A stretch of 63,904 nucleotides of DNA, filler included, from Octopus bimaculoides (lineage: Eukaryota): the NCBI RefSeq assembly GCF_001194135.2. It is 4 parts of 4 records of this genome, joined end to end, with 100 filler letters (N's around TTAATTAATTAA, not from the genome) between each part and the next. Parts side by side here need not be neighbours in the genome. Positions count along the whole stretch, not along the records: positions 1 to 31,442 come from NC_068983.1; 3 more parts are not named here. The stretch is one strand, 5' to 3'. Shown piece after piece: positions 1 through 13,212 of this stretch (position 1 is the first letter of the stretch; each line of letters begins with the position of its first letter). Made by a program: the position numbers and the translations under genes. The notes beneath the pieces were generated by a model. The model was given only the letters and a program-made list of their open reading frames with translations. It ran no database searches and was not told the origin of the DNA.

Positions 1-48
1 GGCAATCTTATATCTACTTTTCCAGTGAAATTCTTCACTGATATCGAA

Positions 49-291
49 AAGGTGAAAACAAGCAATGTTAATTCTCTAAATGAAGTATTAACAGTAACTG
101 CACGATAAAGTGTAGTATATTGCCAGTTAAGTGTGGCTGACCCCTAGGGGTGGATGTTACTGTTGCTTTTAGCCCCAGGAGGACATCTACCCCTAGGGGT
201 CAGCCACACTTAAGTGGCAATATACTACACTTTATCGTGCAGTTACTGTTAATACTTCACTTAGAGAATTAACATTGCTTGTTTTCACCTT
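49..291. repeat. Foldback/MITE-like inverted repeat with 109-bp arms and a 25-nt loop
   Basis: 49-157 is the reverse complement of 183-291 with 3 differences (A80/C260, G126/G214, G152/T188). Confidence 0.9.
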
Positions 292-1278
292 ATATTTGTG
301 TGTGTTTGCACGTTTATGTATGCATGTGTGTTTATGTATGTGCTTAAGTGGGTATACACAAGATTAACCCCATTTATAATGCCTTTTCATTACATAACAT
401 TCCTCTCCAATTTTTATCGGATTTATATTATCCTATCGTCTCCTAAATCTACACTCTGAATTTTCTTTACCCTTTTTTTCTTTTTTCTTTTCTCTTTTTC
501 ACTTCTTGTCCAATGGACTATCTGGTAGCGTCCTATTCTCCAACGGTTTTTTCAAATGAATTACGTTATAAACTTCTCTAACTATAGTTCTCATATTCAA
601 TTATAATGTCTTACGTTTAAGTTGGTTCTCATACTTTTCCCTGAGGAGAAGTTTACATTTTTAACATCGCCGATTCCTATGGATCGCATAAATTGTAATT
701 CTTCGAAACATATGTCGGAATAAAAGTATGCAGTTATAATATCNNNNNNNNNNNNNNNNNNNNNNNNNNNNNNNNNNNNNNNNNNNNNNNNNNNNNNNNN
801 NNNNNNNNNNNNNNNNNNNNNNNNNNNNNNNNNNNNNNNNNNNNNNNNNNNNNNNNNNNNNNNNNNNNNNNNNNNNNNNNNNNNNNNNNNNNNNNNNNNN
901 NNNNNNNNNNNNNNNNNNNNNNNNNNNNNNNNNNNNNNNNNNNNNNNNNNNNNNNNNNNNNNNNNNNNNNNNNNNNNNNNNNNNNNNNNNNNNNNNNNNN
1001 NNNNNNNNNNNNNNNNNNNNNNNNNNNNNNNNNNNNNNNNNNNNNNNNNNNNNNNNNNNNNNNNNNNNNNNNNNNNNNNAATTATAATGTCTTACGTTTA
1101 AGTTGGTTCTCATACTTTTCCCTGAGGAGAAGTTTACATTTTTAACATCGCCGATTCCTATGGATCGCATAAATTGTAATTCTTCGAAACATATGTCGGA
1201 ATAAAAGTATGCAGTTATAATATCCGTTTACTCCGTTCTTTAAATTTATATATATATATATATATATTCATATATATA

Positions 1279-2182
1279 GGGCCATCTCATAAGCAATGCG
1301 GTTTTTTTTTTAATGCGTGAAGAGGGATGAGTTGAACAACTACCTCAACTTGCTATAAAAGCAAGTAGTTATCTTACCTTGTCCTTATTCCTAGTGCAAA
1401 TTTTGAAGAGTGCAGTTCGATGTTTACAGTTATTTTTTCGAAGCTATAATTGAAGTCAGAAAGGAGCATATTCGGCATATTTTGCTTTATGGGTTGAATA
1501 AAGGCAACAACACAGCGAAACGTGAGAAGAATATTAATGCAGTATATGGGGATTGGATGATAAGCGTAAGCCAGTCTCAACTGTGGTTCCAGAAATTCCA
1601 AGTCGAAAACTACAACCTAGAAGACAAACCTCACCCTGGAAGATCTGTAGAGCTCGACGAGAGTGTCCTACAAACCCTGGTGGAATGCAATCCTATCGTA
1701 ACTGTTGAGCAACTACCAGAGAATCTTGGATTTGGTCATTCAACCAGTTATTTAAGTCAGCGCTAGAAGAAAAACGACCATCTTTGGTTTCAAAACAAAA
1801 GGTGTTTTTCCATCAGGTTAATGCTCGGCCATATACAGTGAGGATGACATTCCAATGGCTGGGAGAGTCTGAATGGGAAACGATACCCCAAGCACCCTGT
1901 CCTAGACATTGCCCTATCTGATTATCATTTATTCCGCAGTCTTCAAAATCATTTACACGGAAAAAATATGAATTCTGTAGAACAGGTCAGAACAGTAGTA
2001 GAGGAGTGTTTTTCATCACAGACAAGTGAATTTTGGAAGAGGGGCCTTGCAAGTCCACCAGATAGATGGAAGATCATTGTAGAATATGAAGGAGAATATA
2101 TTTTAGACTAAAAAAGAAATTTGCTTATCTTAATTTTGAAAAATAGAAGTATAAAAAAAAAACATTATTTATGGGATGACCC
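1279..2182 (+). mobile_element. Internally deleted mariner transposon
   Basis: Degenerate TIRs (gggccatctcataagcaatgcggtttttt / aaaaaacattatttatgggatgaccc). ORF 1410-1766 encodes a mariner N-terminal HTH (EHIRHILLY...EDKPHPGRS). C-terminal pieces FHQVNARP and PDIALSDYHLFRSLQNHL follow. The WVPHEL/first-Asp region is missing. Confidence 0.9.
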
Positions 2183-2361
2183 AATATAAACATATATATA
2201 TGTGTGTGTGCATANNNNNNNNNNNNNNNNNNNNNNNNNNNNNNNNNNNNNNNNNNNNNNNNNNNNNNNNNNNNNNNNNNNNNNNNNNNNNNNNNNNNNN
2301 NNNNNNNNNNNNNNNNNNNNNNNNNNNNNNNNNNNNNNNNNNNNNNNNNNNNNNNNNNNNN

Positions 2362-2406
<45 letters not shown>

Positions 2407-2886
2407 CATACATTGGATATATGTATGTAATATCTCTATGTTTTTATAGATAGATAGACAGACAGATGTACACATATACATATATGTAGGGAAGAGAAGG
2501 AGTGTATAAAAAAATCATAATTATTTTAGAATAAAATTGCACTAAAAATGTTTATCTACTTCAGAAATAAAATATAATATAATAACATTTTACGCTTATA
2601 CATTATTTCAACCTACAATGTACAACAAAATTAGTCATAGATCTGTTTCTACTGGTTGCATCTCTAATTGTGTATTTAGTAAGTTTCATTAAATGGTTTT
2701 TGCATAATTTCAAAAGCTATCTAAAACAAAATAAACAAGAATATCTACTAGCAATTCTCATAATGATAATGGAGTCGTACTTATGAATCAAAAAACGCTG
2801 GTATCCAGGTCATTAATTTTCTTCAATTTTATTCAGTAATTTTTTTACATACTTTTCATAATAATATAAAGCAAAACAAAATAATA

Positions 2887-2919
<33 letters not shown>

Positions 2920-2937
2920 GCGACGATGATGATGATG

Positions 2938-3366
2938 ATCTTAACTGATTGGAAGTGTTATCATGTACATTATTTGGTCTTCGTATAAAAGATGGGCTAC
3001 AGCAAATATTCTGCTCAATACCACAGATTTCCTTGAAAGTTGCTTGACCATAACTAGTTGAGCATGTCTCTTACTGGTTGACGATATGTGCATCTCTGAT
3101 CACGGGCAGAAGTAGTGGGGAGCATCATAGCCATGTGCTGAGAGGAATCCTTTGGGGTTTGGATAATTCACTTTTGGAAACATGGGTGCTTTGTTCAACA
3201 TCCTTAAACAACCCTTTTATCAGGGATCTTTTGAGTGGGATGGGCTACTCGACCTCAAGAAAATTCTAACTGGGCCCCACCTGCAAGGTCATGCGCTGTT
3301 TATTTTTATATGAGATCACCATATCGCGCACATACGGCTGTGATGCATGTGCCTGGTATACCCTTA
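2938..3366 (+). mobile_element. Non-coding interspersed repeat, family E (truncated copy)
   Basis: Near-collinear with 49256-49591 (+) and 51880-52487 (-). Starts directly after an (AAT)(GAT)n tract. Confidence 0.85.
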
Positions 3367-4080
3367 TATATATATATATAATGAGTTAAAAACATATAAT
3401 AAATGCACAGACAGAAAACAGACCAAGAGCAAATGAGTCCATTCAGCTCTTTAACTACTCCGAGAAGGTAACTCTAAATAATTCCTGCGCCCTGATGAAA
3501 CTAATTGGCTCGTGACACTTGTTACACCAGACAAATTTAAGTTTGAAGTCCGAGGGAATGGAACTGGTTAAGCACGGCCAATTCCTGTTATAACAATATT
3601 CATCGCGTAAGTTGTTTGGTAAATCAAGACATCAGCACCAGTCATCACACTTTCCTCTCTATTCAATGTCGATAAGGAAGGAGGCAACGAGGGTGTAACT
3701 GGAAATTTGTAGCTTTGACCCTGAACACGGGCAACCATAGAGTAATGATTATTTTAACTGTCTTTTTGAAACTTCATTCGTGCAAGCGACGACTGCGTCC
3801 ACGTCACGTGCATCTGTATGTCTGTACATAGATCTGAAATGTATACGTAGTATCGTAATCTGCATGTGAAATTTAGTTCTCATATTTGGTATTACTGTGA
3901 GTATGTGGGAGAAATTAATGAATAGAATAAATATGGTTAACTACATATACGCTAATAAACACATTTTCACACCCAAAACTTACGCACGCCCACATTCACA
4001 CTCACAAAGACGCGATTCATATTTTGAGTAAATAGTGCGTTTTTATACAGATACACACATATAACAACTAACAGATTGAT

Positions 4081-4095
4081 AGATAGTTAGATAGA

Positions 4096-4184
<89 letters not shown>
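4081..4184. repeat. (GATA)n(GACA)n microsatellite
   Basis: Read directly from the sequence. Confidence 0.95.
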
Positions 4185-4187
<3 letters not shown>

Positions 4188-4463
4188 CTTAACATACTTC
4201 AATGCATAATCATAAATCACATGCTGTGTTGGTGTACATACATGTGAAAAACTGTAGTAAATGTATTTCTTGGTAGATATGAAAATATATCTGTTTCTTT
4301 AATTAGCATGTATTGGAATTTTGGCACATGAAAACATATCTGTATATGTTTATGTATCTAGGTATGGTGGAGATTCACATGTCTGCCAGTACAGTTATTC
4401 ATCTGTTTCACTTTGTATGTAGATGTGTTTGTATCTTTGTATCTTTTCATGTGATTAGTGTGA

Positions 4464-4518
<55 letters not shown>

Positions 4519-5269
4519 ATTGCTTTGCATGTATGTTAGAAGTAACACTCTTATAAGTGATTTTTATTTTCTTTATAAATTGAGTTACGAAATCTTTAGA
4601 TCTGTTTTTGCTTTGTGTTAAAGGCAAAAATCCAGAAAGGAAGTCTTTTATCTGTAATATGCTGCACATCAAACCACGTTCAACAATAGAATCGATGATA
4701 TTTATATACGAATATGGACACACGGATGTATAGTCATATGTAGGCACATACACGCATACATATATTTAGATAGATAAATAGAGATATATCGATATTATAT
4801 GTAAAGCTGTATCTGTTTGATATAACATTTCGTATGATAAGTATAGATAGATAGATAGATAGATAGATAGATGGATAGATAGATAGATATCAAATGAATA
4901 CAATTTTATATATAATAAATAAGTTGGTAACTATCTATCAAAATATATGTGAGCATGAATTGGAAACGTGAAAGCGATACAGATAATCAGCTGAAAAAAA
5001 TTGTAACTCTTGCCGTTTGATCTCCTAGATATAACAGCTAAATCTCCCTTAATCTAGATTCTTATAAATGGAAGAACAAATTCTATAAAGTTTTCTGGAT
5101 GAAGTTGGGATGGCCACGTCCGGAAAGATATTGATAATAAGTCTTCTCTTAATGAAGATGAACAGCAGATCTAAACTCAACGTATTCGACTGATAGCTTA
5201 AAACAGTCCTGAAAATAATAATAATAATAATAATGATAATAACAATATTTATAAGCTTAAAGCTTATAA

Positions 5270-5412
5270 TAGATCACCGGGTATTGATTAAAGAAAATAG
5301 TCTAGTACTGGAGCATATAAGCCCTCGACGGAAGAAAGTGGATTTTCTGCGTGCATGGGACTCAAACCTCTTATATTCGCGATAAGTTAGACAATTACAC
5401 CAACGTTCGTCA
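5270..5412 (-). mobile_element. Degenerate tRNA-derived element (SINE head or tRNA pseudogene)
   Basis: Minus strand has an A-box-like TGGTGTAATTG, an anticodon-like arm CTTAT-N7-ATAAG and a B-box-like GGTTTGAGTCCC. The acceptor stem is not intact. Confidence 0.45.
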
Positions 5413-5522
5413 CTATTTGTCTATTTATCGCAGGACTAAAAATATTTTGGAGTGGTATTATAGCAATAAAAAGAAAAAGTAACAACCATGTTCTGGAGCA
5501 ACAATGTTTATAGTGTATGAGT

Positions 5523-5544
5523 GGGGGTGGGGATGGGGGTGGGG
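5523..5544 (+). other. G-quadruplex-forming motif
   Basis: G5-T-G4-AT-G5-T-G4. Confidence 0.6.
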
Positions 5545-6080
5545 TTCGAGTCTCTGTTTAAACAATATGTGATCCTTTTTCTTTAACCAGTGCATGTGTA
5601 TAAGTAATGTTGATTTCGTGCAATTACTTATACTGGATGGGACATTGTGTGTACGGATCCTAGGGAAACAATTACATATGAATTATATTAAATCATTTTA
5701 ATAGTGTATTCTTTCAGTGTAGTATATATTTTGAATAAGTTGCCTCTTATGCACGTAGTCTTGCTTCTAGACTGGTTTCGTCAATTTTCCTTTACTTCAG
5801 AATGCAGAAGCGAAAAGAGATTACTGTTTGACCAAGCAACATACACATTCATATATGCACACACACGCGCACGCGCGCGCGCACACGCTCACACACACAC
5901 TCACATACACGCGCACAATTTATTCTCATTATGTTATTATTATCTTATATAAACATTTGCATGAAGATACATGTTAACAAGCACGAACAGAAAGACAAAA
6001 GAAGAAAGACAGACAGAAATACAGACAGACAGGAAGCCAGGCAAACAGACAGACAGGCAGCCAGACAGCCAGACAGATAA

Positions 6081-6111
<31 letters not shown>

Positions 6112-6129
6112 CGCAGACAGACAGACAGA

Positions 6130-6171
<42 letters not shown>

Positions 6172-6559
6172 AACAAACAGACAGATAGATAAGCTTAACA
6201 TAACATGCAAAAGTGCTTGTACGTATGTATATATGAATCGTATATATATATATGTACATATATACATATGCATGTATGCATACGTGAATACATTTATGCA
6301 TTCATGTATACATGTCCATAGCACAGTGTCTATGAGAGAAAAGTTGACCGCTAACCTTTGGTCTCGTCTATCCACGCTCAAACACGCAATATATATATTA
6401 TTCAATACGGTGACAGTGTTTATGTTATATAGCAATGAAAGCGAAAATCAATACATCTCCAGTAAAAATGAATAATTGTATTTCTCTTTGAGTTCAAATC
6501 TTCATACGGTCAACATAGTATTATATCTGCGACGAAAAAGTATATATCTACTCAAATTC

Positions 6560-8150
6560 TATCTTCATTTTAAAACAATTTTGATAATGAGTGTCATAGC
6601 ACCAATGCGCTTAAAGTAAGTTTAAACTGTATTGTGGTAATAAACATAGGGTGTATTAGCACTCAGAATATTTTCTTTTCATTCTAAATTAATAGATTGT
6701 TTTTATTAAATAGGCAGCAACTGCAGAGGCACCTACCTTTATAAAGTAAAAATTTTATATTCTCGATATAAGTATATATAAATCTTTACTTTTAACAATA
6801 ATAATCTTTAATTTTTTTCTATGCATATATCAGGTAAAGGGAATAACTTCTTTTGTATTCTTACCATTTTTTCTAGTAGCTACTGACCCTAGCATATAAC
6901 CATCTGATTTGTGTAACTGGAATGATAATGGAATTTAATGTCAAAATAAGCACAATTACAGAAAGACTATCTCCTTGGAATATACTCTTTGAAAGTTTTA
7001 TAACAACAGACACAATCGTTGCACTCGCAATTAAAAGTGAGGAGACTGTTTTCTAGATCTTAGTGAGCTCCACAATGGCATCGACAAATGTGGCAGAGAC
7101 TTCAGCAACTATGTATAGAAAATAGACTTAAATGCTTTTCTAATTAGGGTCATAATCTCACAGAGTCTCTACGAATTTTCTACCATCAGAGAACATAGCT
7201 TTCTTTATCAAAGGTTTTTTTGATCACATCCCTAGTCTTCCTTCGTCAACCTGTCTCCTCGTCAGTTACTACGTTTTTTTTTGGGGGGGGGGCTCAAAAT
7301 AATCTTTGAGGAATTGGCTGAGACAGTCCGTGTGAAGCTGATGCATAATGTTTAGGTAAACAATTGTTTTGAGATTTTCTACCAATTCACTGGCTTCATT
7401 ATTGACTCCAAGATTCCGCCATGCTATAATTTGGTATGCTAATCTAGCCAATTTGATATGTCAATCTAGCCTCCCAGTCTCTTGTACTAGTATCCAACTA
7501 TTAGGTCTTCTTGCAGTTGCCTTCGTGTTATGGAAATTTTCTACAGCTATGGTGAAAGCTTCAGGATCAATTTTTTAATATTTTTTTCTGTTGATGTTGG
7601 TACATTATATAGCTCTATTTAGCCTCGATGTATTCTAGTTGAAACCTTTCTTTTCATTCCAGGTTATAGACCACAATGTTCCTGAGAAGGTACTTTCTCC
7701 CGACAGTAATGTTTTCTTATTCACATCCCAGTATAAATCTTTCTGCGATAACAAGGTTTTTCGCTCAGCGTTCTGAGTTTAACTTTAACATTTTTAGAAC
7801 TCCCTCAAGAGCTTTGCGTAAGGAGTCACCAAAAGTTATATTTGTTGCATACGATGAAATTGTTAAGTTGTGAACTCATTATTCCCCTTACATTTTAAGG
7901 TGGTTTAACATCCAATATGGCGGCGCAGAGTGTTGAAGTTTTCTTCAAGTTTTGTTTTCTCTCTTAGTTGCTTCTGTTTAGTAATATCATAAGCGTGTGC
8001 ACTGCAGATATCTGTTAAGTGTTTTGTAAGAGTAATAGCAACTGTGAGAAAATATTAACATCACAGGATTCTGTGAGCTCTGGAACAACATCATCAATAA
8101 CTTTGAACATGAAAGCACCCAGTTGTTCATGTATGTTCTCATGTACATAT
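6560..8150 (-). mobile_element. Decayed Dong/R4-clade non-LTR retrotransposon, RT region
   Basis: Minus-strand fragments KTIVYLNIMHQLHTDCLSQFLKDYFE, LIKKAMFSDGRK and KSIFQGDSLSVIVLIL match the YRPITCLN..YK, GCKDQLLI and RGIFQGDSLSP motifs. Many stops and frameshifts. Confidence 0.75.
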
Positions 8151-8194
8151 ATATATGAAGTGAACTAGTTTCAGCTCAGGAGCTGTGGCCATGC

Positions 8195-8225
<31 letters not shown>

Positions 8226-11201
8226 CGCGTGTGTGTGTGTGTGCGTGCGTGCACATATACACATACACATATAGCTATGGGTGGCCTTGGCTTACTGGAT
8301 CTTATTTCATGCTGATATTCATATGTATTATATATTTTGACTTGTAGCGATATGTTCTGCATAGCTGTATACTTTCTGCTTTTGTGAAATCTAACTTATA
8401 AGATCTGCACTGAGGCCCAGGACTCCAACAATTATTGTTAGAGATATAAAATTATAGACCGGAAGGATTTACTGCAGATTATTTCAGTATCAGCTAGTTG
8501 TACATATTTTCTTTGTCTAAAATATTTAACATCATGTTGATATCTGCAGAGTAATTAATTTCACCTCCTGTGAATAATTTTTTCAATTATTTTTTTCTGA
8601 TCTAAACCGTCATATTTTGTCCGTTGTAGATGTATTTAATGAAGTGCTTTTAGAGCCATTCAGCCAGCATTATTTCAACTTAGGCGTGATTTTACCCTCC
8701 ATATCTTTTCTTACAGATTTCATTATCTAATGCCCTAGCCACAACATCATATCCCGAATTTAAATAATGTCGTGAGTACATTTTCGGGCAGCTGAATTAT
8801 AGTATGAGTAGCATCCTTATTTTTTAATCCACAGAACCTGCACCATTTATCGCATTTGGGTGTTTACCTGCGACCCGATACTCATTGAGCATCAAGTATT
8901 TTGTGGTTACTTTCTGCTCCTGTTTTGCAAAAGTGAGAGCTAATATCCCAGTTGTTAGTTTAGGGTAGACTATTCTGGTTGTCAAACTTGTTCTTACTTT
9001 GAATCCCTTTGGTAATATAGCCCGGCATAATATTTTGCTGGTATACATGCTACCTCTCTTCTGACGAAGCGCTACTCACTGTTGTATAACTTCGCTGAAT
9101 TTATATCCTTGATTATGAGCCGTTAAATATTTTCTCAGAAGCGTCTTTCCAAAACGTCGTGATATAACATGCCTCACATACGCAGGTTTACTCCTTGACA
9201 GGACTTCAATGCTTTACGACGTTCAAAGCCTGTCAATCGTTCTTAAACCTCTGCTGCCTTTGCTTTTAGTTTAAAAGAAGAATTCCTGATCTTGGTTAAG
9301 AACTTGTACATACGTATGTATATATATATATACGTATGTATGTATATAATTATGTGTGCATCTATTTATGTTCATGGACACAACATGGAAAAATGGTTTA
9401 AACATTCGCTTTGAAATCATGAGATCTCACGTAAGTTCCCACACTGTGGCATTATGGTCGAGGGTATGTAACACTGCTTCGAGTCAATCCAAAACTTGCA
9501 AGTGAACGTGACTGGACGAAAACTGTGCATTGCCAGTCAAATGGATTCTGTCTTTAATTCAAAGGTTTTGTCTTGTCACACAGCATCACCCTGATTCTAT
9601 CCGAGAATTACGTAATTCAGCGAGCTATTAATTTGAACGAGCAGTTGAACCTTATTCATCGAAACCGACGAAGATCCACTTTTTGGAATATATGCATGTG
9701 TACATGCATATATTCTTCGATGTGTATACTGTTATCCGCTTTCAATAATTTGACATGATATACACTAATATTAACTGACAGTCGTGTTATATTTCAGTCA
9801 TGTTACCAAAGGAGTAAGAAAGAAGAACGCCATGATTAGAATCAATCGGAAAATGAAGGATGGGAGTCGTTGCCAAAGAGAGAAATCCTAGTCACCGATA
9901 TTCGATACTGATCTTCGTAAACAGATTCTCAGAAAAACGTTGTGTACAAACGTAGAGAAATTCTAAGGGTGGGGCAGTACTGTTGTAGTTCAATATATAT
10001 GCTCGCTTACTGCATTCCCAACACCATCCCACCCCACCACGTTCACAGACACACATCTGTATATGTATGCATGTATACCAAATATATACGTAAATATATG
10101 TATAGATATATTGACTTGTATGTGTGTGTGTGTGTGCATGTGGATATGTATATTTATGCATGAACGTCAAATACATATAAAGGGAGAATGTATACAAGTG
10201 CAGGAAGAACCACATACATGTATATGCGACATTTTATGTATCAGTACAGGTCAACTTGTTTGCGTGTGTGTTAATGACATAGAGAGAGGGGAGGAATGCA
10301 GAGAGATAGACAGATAGATAGATGTACATATATACATACATATACATACGTCTACATATATACAATATATATATATATAAATATATATATAGACACACAC
10401 ACACGCATATATATATATATATGAGGTCTATACATATATATGTACATATATATATANNNNNNNNNNNNNNNNNNNNNNNNNNNNNNNNNNNNNNNNNNNN
10501 NNNNNNNNNNNNNNNNNNNNNNNNNNNNNNNNNNNNNNNNNNNNNNNNNNNNNNNNNNNNNNNNNNNNNNNNNNNNNNNNNNNNNNNNNNNNNNNNNNNN
10601 NNNNNNNNNNNNNNNNNNNNNNNNNNNNNNNNNNNNNNNNNNNNNNNNNNNNNNNNNNNNNNNNNNNNNNNNNNNNNNNNNNNNNNNNNNNNNNNNNNNN
10701 NNNNNNNNNNNNNNNNNNNNNNNNNNNNNNNNNNNNNNNNNNNNNNNNNNNNNNNNNNNNNNNNNNNNNNNNNNNNNNNNNNNNNNNNNNNNNNNNNNNN
10801 NNNNNNNNNNNNNNNNNNNNNNNNNNNNNNNNNNNNNNNNNNNNNNNNNNNNNNNNNNNNNNNNNNNNNNNNNNNNNNNNNNNNNNNNNNNNNNNNNNNN
10901 NNNNNNNNNNNNNNNNNNNNNNNNNNNNNNNNNNNNNNNNNNNNNNNNNNNNNNNNNNNNNNNNNNNNNNNNNNNNNNNNNNNNNNNNNNNNNNNNNNNN
11001 NNNNNNNNNNNNNNNNNNNNNNNNNNNNNNNNNNNNNNNNNNNNNNNNNNNNNNNNNNNNNNNNNNNNNNNNNNNNNNNNNNNNNNNNNNNNNNNNNNNN
11101 NNNNNNNNNNNNNNNNNNNNNNNNNNNNNNNNNNNNNNNNNNNNNNNNNNNNNNNNNNNNNNNNNNNNNNNNNNNNNNNNNNNNNNNNNNNNNNNNNNNN
11201 N

Positions 11202-11238
<37 letters not shown>

Positions 11239-12242
11239 CCCTCTTTTTTCCTCTGCTTGCTGCTGAGACGTGACCTGTGACCTTTTTTCTCTCCCTTCTT
11301 TCTCGCCCTTTTTCCCAACGGTTGCGTAGTTGACCGGTCTCAATTCTCTGTGTTTGATTGTTTTGCTATTTGTTGTTTTCTAATCTTTTAGGGTACCTTC
11401 AAAGCGATACCCACTATTCATGTCTTTTAGGCTAGGCCTAAGGCTATATTTTGCTCAGTTCTTGTTTGTTTCGTCTTTGTCCATCGTCTTAAATTACATT
11501 TATTCACTTTCGTATGCCCACTCTCTTTGGTTTTGCTTGCTCTCGCTCCTATATTCTCCGCAACTTTCGCGGGCGCCGCCTCCATGGGGAGTTCTCAGTC
11601 TTATCATTGAAGGTGCGAAACTGAGTAATACCATCTGGTTGATAACTAATGAAGAATTGGGGACCTTCTGTGTCTGTCTTATGTCCAGTTGTACACTCAG
11701 TATCTGTTGTACGTTTTTTACCCTGTCGTTGTTTATTTACAATACACTTTTTTCATTTATATATATGAGCACAGGGAATATCATTACGTGAATGTCAAGT
11801 TGGAATGTAAGCTATGGTTCCTTCGTTTCAGCCTTCGTTTTAATTACTTCTATACCACTAACTCCGTCGGAAATATACCGAAATGTCAATAGAAGAGACG
11901 AAGAATTTCATTTTGTTCGAATTTCTAAGTTTTCATGGAATTTCTCATTAGCTCTATTAATCCATTCATCAAGAATTGTTTTGAAAATCTCAATATGTAT
12001 TTATCATTTAATCCTTATATAATCACACATAATTTGGAATGAAATTTAAATTAACATTATACATTTATAATAAATGAAACTTAAGTTATATCTTAAACTT
12101 GTATAATGTAGAAATATTTAGAGCTAACTATTTATTCTATCTCGCATCTTTGAGAATTCCATAGGAAGCAAAGTGCTGATCAGGACTTTTAATGACATCG
12201 AACATATCTGAGAGGAACATCTTGTATCAAAGTTATATATAC

Positions 12243-12412
12243 GCGTAGGTGTGGCTGTGTAATAAGAAGTTTACTTTCCAGTAACATAGTTCTGGATTCA
12301 GTCCCACTATGTGGTAACTTCGACGAGTACTTTCTACTATAGCTTTAAGCCAACCAAAGCCTTGTGATTGGATTTGGTAGACGGCGGCTGGAAGAAGCCA
12401 GTCGTGTATATA
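12243..12412 (+). mobile_element. SINE family C, 5' half (diverged)
   Basis: Homologous to the full copy at 38256-38655. Confidence 0.8.
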
Positions 12413-12569
12413 TGTATTCCCTTATTCACCCGACTAAAACATTTAGCTCTCCACAAAATTATTCCATCTTTAACCGCCTTTCTGTCAAAATTTCAAATGT
12501 AAGATTTCTTTCCCGAAGACGGAGACTCGTATATTTATTTTTGGGGGGATTTAATGTATTTAAAATTCT

Positions 12570-12604
<35 letters not shown>

Positions 12605-12659
12605 GAAGGAAATTGTAGTATACAGTGCTCAAATGTACTACAACTAAAAAAAAACAAAT

Positions 12660-13200
12660 AGCTATCAGGTGTACTACTGGTGGATTTCATGAAGCATGGA
12701 AGTTTTGAAGGATGTAGTGTCTTGACAGCTAACAACTGAAGCGGGTAGTTTATTCCATACCTCAGCAATTCTGAGCGTGAAAAAATGTTTCCGAAAGTCA
12801 TCGGTGCTGTGTTTTTTTTTTTATATTTTATAAGTATGTTCGCGAGTGTCATATGGAATTAAAAAAGGTGCCAAGGTTGTTGTTGGAAAGATGGTGGATA
12901 ATTTTGTGGGTGTCAACCAAGTCAGTTGCCGAGCTTCAATGTATCCATGTCCAGAGAAGCAAGACGTTTGGAGTATGGTAGATGTCTAACGGTGGGTGTT
13001 CGTTTTGTTGCACGTTTCTGAATAGTTTCCAGGAGATTTATATGCTGAGCAAGATAGGGGTTCCAGATTGTTGACACAAACTCCGAGTGTGGACGTACCA
13101 CTGTCGTATACACTTTTAGATAGATAGCTGGAGAGCGGTTGACAAAGGTCTTACTGATTGATGCTAACACACCCTCAGCCTTCTTGACAATCTTATTGAT
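12660..13200 (-). mobile_element. CR1/L2-type LINE 3' remnant
   Basis: ORF 12922-13170 gives YTTVVRPHSEFVSTIWNPY...ETIQKRATK; downstream RKHFFTLRIAEVWNKLPASVV...SFK. These are typical CR1-clade RT C-terminal motifs. Confidence 0.85.
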
Positions 13201-13212
13201 GTGGTTTGTCCA

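Noticed and set aside
599-1224. Exact 145-bp direct repeat (599-743 and 1080-1224)
   Set aside because: The copies are identical and sit exactly on both edges of an N gap; this is an unmerged contig overlap.
3492-3530. CTGATGA followed by aactaattggctcgtgacac
   Set aside because: No GAAA and no stem I pairing; at best a heavily decayed hammerhead.
9061-9110. CTGACGA-AGCG...CGCT-GAAT
   Set aside because: GAAT instead of GAAA, with no stem III or stem I; compatible with chance.
9573-9758. ORF with an apparent splice acceptor
   Set aside because: Its 5' part matches the body of SINE family A (cttgtcacac...ccgagaattacgt); the region from about 9390 is a decayed SINE.
10160-10260. EEPHTCICDI, vaguely C2H2 linker-like
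   Set aside because: No Cys/His spacing of a zinc finger; embedded in low-complexity sequence.
10234-11343. Long ORFs in the supplied track (here and at 15098, 29575, 33781, 45584, 54293, 57024, 60726 and others)
   Set aside because: Open only because of N-runs or CA/TA/GA/AAT repeats, giving [12 protein letters not shown] or poly-L peptides.
11550-11780. Possible Penelope-type terminal fragment (gaaggtgcgaaactg...ctaatgaagaa)
   Set aside because: Resemblance is from recall only; no foldable ribozyme and no second copy in the window.
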